A stretch of 37,156 bases of DNA, from the IMG/VR virus record IMGVR_UViG_3300021185_000297, positions 1 to 37,156 of that record, one strand, 5' to 3'. A program made the position numbers and the translations under genes. The stretch's first letter is position 1. The number at the start of each line of letters is the position of its first letter. The notes under the pieces are model-generated. The model was not told the origin of the DNA. It made no database searches and saw nothing but the letters and a program-made list of their open reading frames with translations. The stretch comes from a virus (Duplodnaviria > Caudoviricetes). Below, piece after piece: positions 32,983 to 37,156 of the stretch.

Positions 32983-33447
32983 ATGAAACTAAGTAAAAAT
33001 TTCACACTCAAAGAGTTTACTAAGTCATCGACTGCGACTCGTTTGGGTATAGACAACACACCTCAAGACGAACACCTCGTAGCTGCGAAGGCACTGTTCG
33101 AGAATTGCGTACAGAAGGTTCGGGAACACTGGGGTATCACACGTATCAGTTCGGGATATAGAAGTCCCGCATTGAATGAAGCAATCGGTGGTTCTACTAG
33201 GTCACAACATAGTAAAGGTCAAGCAGTTGACTTTGAATGTGATGGTACGGATAACCTAGAGGTCGCAAAATGGATTAGAGATAATCTAGACTTTGACCAA
33301 GTCATCTCTGAGTTCTATGTAGACGGTGACCCAACATCGGGTTGGATTCATCTATCTTACGTAAGTCCTGAAGAGAACCGCAATAAGTGTTTGACTGCAA
33401 GACGTGTGGATGGTAAGACTCAATATAGTTTGGGACTGCCTGAATGA
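32983..33447 (+). CDS. Peptidase M15A family Zn-peptidase (probable endolysin)
   Basis: LSKNFTLKEF, SSGYRS, SQHSKGQAVD, WIHLSY. Confidence 0.88.
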   Translation: MKLSKNFTLKEFTKSSTATRLGIDNTPQDEHLVAAKALFENCVQKVREHWGITRISSGYRSPALNEAIGGSTRSQHSKGQAVDFECDGTDNLEVAKWIRDNLDFDQVISEFYVDGDPTSGWIHLSYVSPEENRNKCLTARRVDGKTQYSLGLPE

Positions 33448-34304
33448 ATAATGTGATATTCCAGTATATGATTACTGGAGATGATTGTGATTCAAGAGGG
33501 CCAATTAATGAAATTCCTAATAGGTCTAGGTCTGCGGTTTATCGTGAAGTCGCAGATTTGTCCGCACACTCGTTTAAGAAGTATGCAAACAAACTAGGTG
33601 CGACCCACCATTACTCAAAGAAACAAGTAACGACTGCGGGAATATCAGGACACACCGTTCTATTATTCGAAGTACTGCGACTTGTTTATGATGAGATGTA
33701 TGATGAGTTCGATAACCTACTCTTTGCAGATACCGACATCGTGTGTAATACCGAAGAAGATATCTTTGAAATGCACGTGCAAAGTGGGAAAGATGTATCG
33801 GGTATTATGGAATCCAGTATTCATATTTCACGAGGTATGAACGGTGATAAGTTAGAGTACCCATATGCAAGTTGGGATGATGCTGACCCCCAATACGAAT
33901 TGATTTGTTCTAAGTACAAGCGACTGGGATATCCCGTGGTTCCTGTAGAAGAAGAAGGTGTCAGGCCTTCACGTGTACATATAATGAATACGGGTGTACA
34001 TGTATGGACAAGAGAAGCACGACTCAAAGCTCGAAAACTGTTTGACCCTTGGTTAGACTATATGAAAGATGGGGAAGAACATAAAGACCCATTTTGGTTG
34101 AACAATGACCAACCTTATATTTCCGCTCAATTAGTAAAACATGGATTGAGTATTAACCATATCAACCAAACATGGAACGATTCACCCCCGCACTATAGAC
34201 AATGGGAACACTGGAAAGACCAAAACTTCCTACATTATACAGGTGGATTCGGTAAGAAACATTTCCTTGCCGACTACGATGCGGGCAAATTTAAATATAT
34301 TTAA
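33444..34304 (+). CDS. Glycosyltransferase, GT-A fold (GT8/GT34-like)
   Basis: LFADTDIV (DxD), MNTGV, NDQPY, WN, FLHY. Confidence 0.8.
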   Translation: MNNVIFQYMITGDDCDSRGPINEIPNRSRSAVYREVADLSAHSFKKYANKLGATHHYSKKQVTTAGISGHTVLLFEVLRLVYDEMYDEFDNLLFADTDIVCNTEEDIFEMHVQSGKDVSGIMESSIHISRGMNGDKLEYPYASWDDADPQYELICSKYKRLGYPVVPVEEEGVRPSRVHIMNTGVHVWTREARLKARKLFDPWLDYMKDGEEHKDPFWLNNDQPYISAQLVKHGLSINHINQTWNDSPPHYRQWEHWKDQNFLHYTGGFGKKHFLADYDAGKFKYI

Positions 34305-34307
34305 TGC

Positions 34308-34336
34308 TTGCCAAATCATGTTAAACTTGTTATAAT
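34308..34336 (+). promoter_or_regulatory. Early sigma70-type promoter
   Basis: TTGCCA-17bp-TATAAT with extended -10 TG. Confidence 0.75.
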
Positions 34337-34372
34337 ACCAACATGATGAAAGAAAAAGTAAAAGGAAAAAAG

Positions 34373-34954
34373 ATGTTAGACCAATATCATAACGTAATTC
34401 TCACGGATGCAGACGGAGTTCTGTTGAACTGGGGTTATGCATTTGATGTATGGATGACTGAGAAAGGTTACATCGCCGAGAACAAACTGGAATATGACGT
34501 AGGAAAAATCTACGGTATTACTAGACAAGAATCAAAGAAACTAGTCAGAGAATTCAACGAGTCTGCCCATATGGGTTTTGTGCCTCCGTTAAGAGATGCA
34601 ATACAGTATGTTAGAAAGTTGCATGAAGAACACGGTTATGTGTTTCACCTGATTACGTCAATGAGTAAAGACGAGAACGCACAAAAGCTAAGAACAATGA
34701 ACATTCAGAAGTTGTTCGGTGAGACTGCATTCACCAAGTTCATTTACCTAGACTGTGGTGCAGACAAGGATGAAGTCCTTGCACCTTATGAAGGTACTGG
34801 ATATACTTGGGTTGAAGACAAGGTAGAGAACGCCGAGGCGGGTGCTAAAGTTGGACTAGATAGTATTGTAATGGAACATGGTTACAACATGGACTGTGAG
34901 GACTTTCCTCTCATGAAAGGTTGGAAAGACGTGTACGAATACTTAGTAGGATAA
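34373..34954 (+). CDS. HAD-superfamily hydrolase, T4 gp30.2-like / 5'(3')-nucleotidase-like
   Basis: ILTDADGVLLNW, ITS, KD, WVEDK; AAGGA RBS. Confidence 0.85.
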   Translation: MLDQYHNVILTDADGVLLNWGYAFDVWMTEKGYIAENKLEYDVGKIYGITRQESKKLVREFNESAHMGFVPPLRDAIQYVRKLHEEHGYVFHLITSMSKDENAQKLRTMNIQKLFGETAFTKFIYLDCGADKDEVLAPYEGTGYTWVEDKVENAEAGAKVGLDSIVMEHGYNMDCEDFPLMKGWKDVYEYLVG

Positions 34955-34960
34955 CATGAT

Positions 34961-35626
34961 ATGGGTGAACCCAAAGCCCCCGATGTACATTGGTTAAAGA
35001 ACCCACCGTTTTATCGGAAGTATACACTACAGTCTCAAAGAGAGGGTGTAAACGATAAGGCGTGGATTAATCACAGAAACCAATTACTACTTGCAAATAT
35101 AGGCAAGTTAATATCTGATAAAGGTATCTTGGCAGATACAGGTCAGTGGATTGACTGTGACTTCACAGGATTCGCCAAGATGACCTACACAGACTACCAC
35201 GTCAAAGAAGATGATTACCGCACCAATCGTATCTACAGTACATCAATCAAACAAGAATGTCAACCCTATTTAAACCACTATGCGAGTTTATGGGGGTGTC
35301 GTAACTTTAATGTACAAGGTATATGGTTCGCACAATATCAAGACGGTGCAGAGTTTGGATGGCATACTCACGAAGGGTGTAACGCATCCGCTATATACAT
35401 GGTAGAGTTGCCAGGCGGTAATACAGGTGGTACAGAGTTTCATGGTATCAACTGGAAAGAGACACTTGCAGAAGGAGACCTCTTCTGTTTTCCCGCAATG
35501 GTTCCTCACCGTAGTCCTACTATTAACGTTGGACGTAAGACAATCATAGGACTTAATGGCAATATAAATAATTGTCCAAGCAACCTACATGAATTAGAGG
35601 GTAAAAATGGAAGAAGAAAAAATTAA
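34961..35626 (+). CDS. Putative 2OG-Fe(II) oxygenase
   Basis: WFAQY...WHTH, GGTEF, EGDLFCFPAMVPHRS, KTII. Confidence 0.8.
   Translation: MGEPKAPDVHWLKNPPFYRKYTLQSQREGVNDKAWINHRNQLLLANIGKLISDKGILADTGQWIDCDFTGFAKMTYTDYHVKEDDYRTNRIYSTSIKQECQPYLNHYASLWGCRNFNVQGIWFAQYQDGAEFGWHTHEGCNASAIYMVELPGGNTGGTEFHGINWKETLAEGDLFCFPAMVPHRSPTINVGRKTIIGLNGNINNCPSNLHELEGKNGRRKN
35563..35570 (+). promoter_or_regulatory. T4-type late promoter
   Basis: TATAAATA upstream of 35607. Confidence 0.65.
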
Positions 35627-35930
35627 ACAATATCATCCCGCCGACTCAAACGGTGATGGTACTGTATCAAAAGAAGAACATGATATGTATCTTGAGTTCA
35701 AGAGAAAAGAACTTGATGACCAAGATGCAATGCGTGATGCACAACGTAAAATGGCATGGTTTGCATTAGGTGGTATGTTACTATACCCATTTGCAGTAAT
35801 CATAGCAAACCTAGTCGGATTGGACTCAGCGTCTAAAATCCTAGGTGATATGGCAGCTACATACTTTGTATCTGTTGCAGCTATTGTTGCCGCATTCTTT
35901 GGAACTCAAGCATACTCTAAGAGTAAGTAA
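35607..35930 (+). CDS. EF-hand-loop two-TM membrane protein
   Basis: DSNGDGTVSKEE canonical 12-residue loop; two hydrophobic helices. Confidence 0.75.
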   Translation: MEEEKIKQYHPADSNGDGTVSKEEHDMYLEFKRKELDDQDAMRDAQRKMAWFALGGMLLYPFAVIIANLVGLDSASKILGDMAATYFVSVAAIVAAFFGTQAYSKSK

Positions 35931-36739
35931 TGGAAAAGATTAGATGGCGAGGAACTCACGGAGTGGGTGACTTTATGCAAGCGCTTAATGTGTGCCATCG
36001 ATATTCTTTTGATTACAAGAAGTCCCCTGTCAATCTTGAGATGCACTGGGAACATGGGCCCGAATTCCTGTATCATCCTAAAGACCCTGAGACGGTTATC
36101 GAAAGGATGAGAAAGATACATGAGATGTATCATGAGAATAATCGTGTAGTAGTCACCCATGTATTTGATTCAAAAGAATTCTACTATGCACCCGAAGATT
36201 CTGAACTAAAGGTTAAGAGACGATTCGAGTTTGATTCGGAACGTTATGACGGTACAGGTTCACCCCCAAACGATTGGTGTTTCCACCCCCACGAACACAT
36301 CGCCCCTCAAAAGAAGATTGTGATATGGACGCCACACTATAACAGAGAACAACCAAGAAGATGGAAAAGATGGTTGACAAGTGATGATTGGTATGGTATA
36401 ATAGAGCTGCTTCGCTGGAAGGGTTGGATACTACAAGAGTTAACATACAGAACTCCAATAATGGAAGCTTATAAACACATACAAGAATGTAGGTTTATAG
36501 TATCCTATGATGGAATGTGGCATTACATGGGTAGAAACTTTAGTAAACCACATTTGATTCCTAGTAAGGAAGGTGTTACTACTTATAACACACCTAATGC
36601 GGTTAAACTCAAGTCTAGAGATGAGATGGTAGAATACTTCATCGATGATGATGGATTAGGTGATAGACTAGACAAGTTAAATAAACCTGCTAGGACATTC
36701 CGCAGACAGTTGGAAAAAGAATTGAGTGTAAAATTATGA
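35930..36739 (+). CDS. Glycosyltransferase-like protein (GT-B, GT9-like)
   Basis: HGVGDFM N-terminal motif; HIQECRFIVSYDGMWHY...KP. Confidence 0.6.
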   Translation: MEKIRWRGTHGVGDFMQALNVCHRYSFDYKKSPVNLEMHWEHGPEFLYHPKDPETVIERMRKIHEMYHENNRVVVTHVFDSKEFYYAPEDSELKVKRRFEFDSERYDGTGSPPNDWCFHPHEHIAPQKKIVIWTPHYNREQPRRWKRWLTSDDWYGIIELLRWKGWILQELTYRTPIMEAYKHIQECRFIVSYDGMWHYMGRNFSKPHLIPSKEGVTTYNTPNAVKLKSRDEMVEYFIDDDGLGDRLDKLNKPARTFRRQLEKELSVKL

Positions 36740-37156
36740 AGATTGATAGAGCGGTAATTGAAATTAATGGTGGGTGTAACTACTCATGTACTATGTGTCC
36801 TCAAGATATGAGAACAGGTGGGCGTGATAAGAGATTCCTACGTAAGATGAACCTATTAGAGTTTGAGAATAACGTAGCTGATTGTGCAAAACATGGACTC
36901 AACGTAGTTAACCTAGAAGGTAGTGGAGAACCCACACTGAATAGAAACCTACCTGAGTATATTAAGATTGTTAAGAAGTATGGTGCTAAGTGTTTCATGT
37001 TCTCTAATGGATTCCGTATGCACGGTGACTTCATGAAAAAATGTGTTGATGCGGGATTAGACTTCTATAGATTTTCTTTTATTGGTTATAACCCTGATAA
37101 ATACAAGGAGTGGATGCATAATACTCAAGGTGGTAACTTCGATTTCATTTGTAAGA
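36736..37156 (+). CDS. Radical SAM protein (truncated by the window end)
   Basis: ATG 36736; IEINGGCNYSCTMCP (CxxxCxxC), GSGEPTL, FSNG; open to the window edge. Confidence 0.9.
   Translation, partial: MKIDRAVIEINGGCNYSCTMCPQDMRTGGRDKRFLRKMNLLEFENNVADCAKHGLNVVNLEGSGEPTLNRNLPEYIKIVKKYGAKCFMFSNGFRMHGDFMKKCVDAGLDFYRFSFIGYNPDKYKEWMHNTQGGNFDFICK

Noticed and set aside
377-37034. Numerous minus-strand ORFs of 60-177 aa in the track (e.g. 1505-2038, 2544-2909, 21259-21633, 25486-25944)
   Set aside because: They lie opposite well-supported + strand genes, lack RBS, promoters or motifs, and are the expected shadows of codon bias.
1-37156. tRNA or rRNA genes
   Set aside because: Intergenic gaps are short and no cloverleaf or T-loop context was recognised by eye; tRNAscan-SE or Aragorn would be decisive.

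Overview
This 37 kb window is a fragment of an AT-rich T4-like myovirus genome, probably from a marine or other aquatic Gram-negative host (inference). All credible genes lie on the + strand. Support for the T4-like call: TATAAATA late promoters, a family of sigma70-type early promoters, N-termini resembling T4 internal-protein capsid-targeting sequences, nrdA/nrdB, phoH and a gp30.2-like HAD gene. Layout: (1) 1-5.2 kb, a curli/type VIII secretion cassette (csgF, csgG, a curlin-like secreted protein) running into a secreted FecR-domain protein and a CHASE2 class III adenylate cyclase, a candidate phage-encoded trans-envelope signalling system; (2) 5.2-13 kb, auxiliary and early genes (carbamoyltransferase, fatty acid desaturase with a Bfd-like ferredoxin, DUF932, 2OG-Fe(II) oxygenase, peroxiredoxin, HExxH proteins, exonuclease); (3) 13-24 kb, a late cluster of probable internal head proteins, including nuclease-like, ligase-like (frameshifted) and HxGH nucleotidyltransferase proteins, plus holin-like genes; (4) 24-29 kb, a ribonucleotide reductase whose NrdA carries an embedded glutaredoxin; (5) 29-37 kb, small early ORFs, phoH, an M15 endolysin, glycosyltransferases and a truncated radical SAM gene. 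Hidden signals read from the sequence: a probable overprinted basic gene inside the ligase-like gene, two SD-equipped +1 ORFs nested in nrdA (one with a lipoprotein-like signal), a hairpin whose loop is antisense to the early-gene leaders, an invariant spacer TG in all nine early promoters, and a Pho-box-like repeat. No tRNA, rRNA, CRISPR array or intron was recognised. All family assignments come from motif recognition by eye, not database searches.
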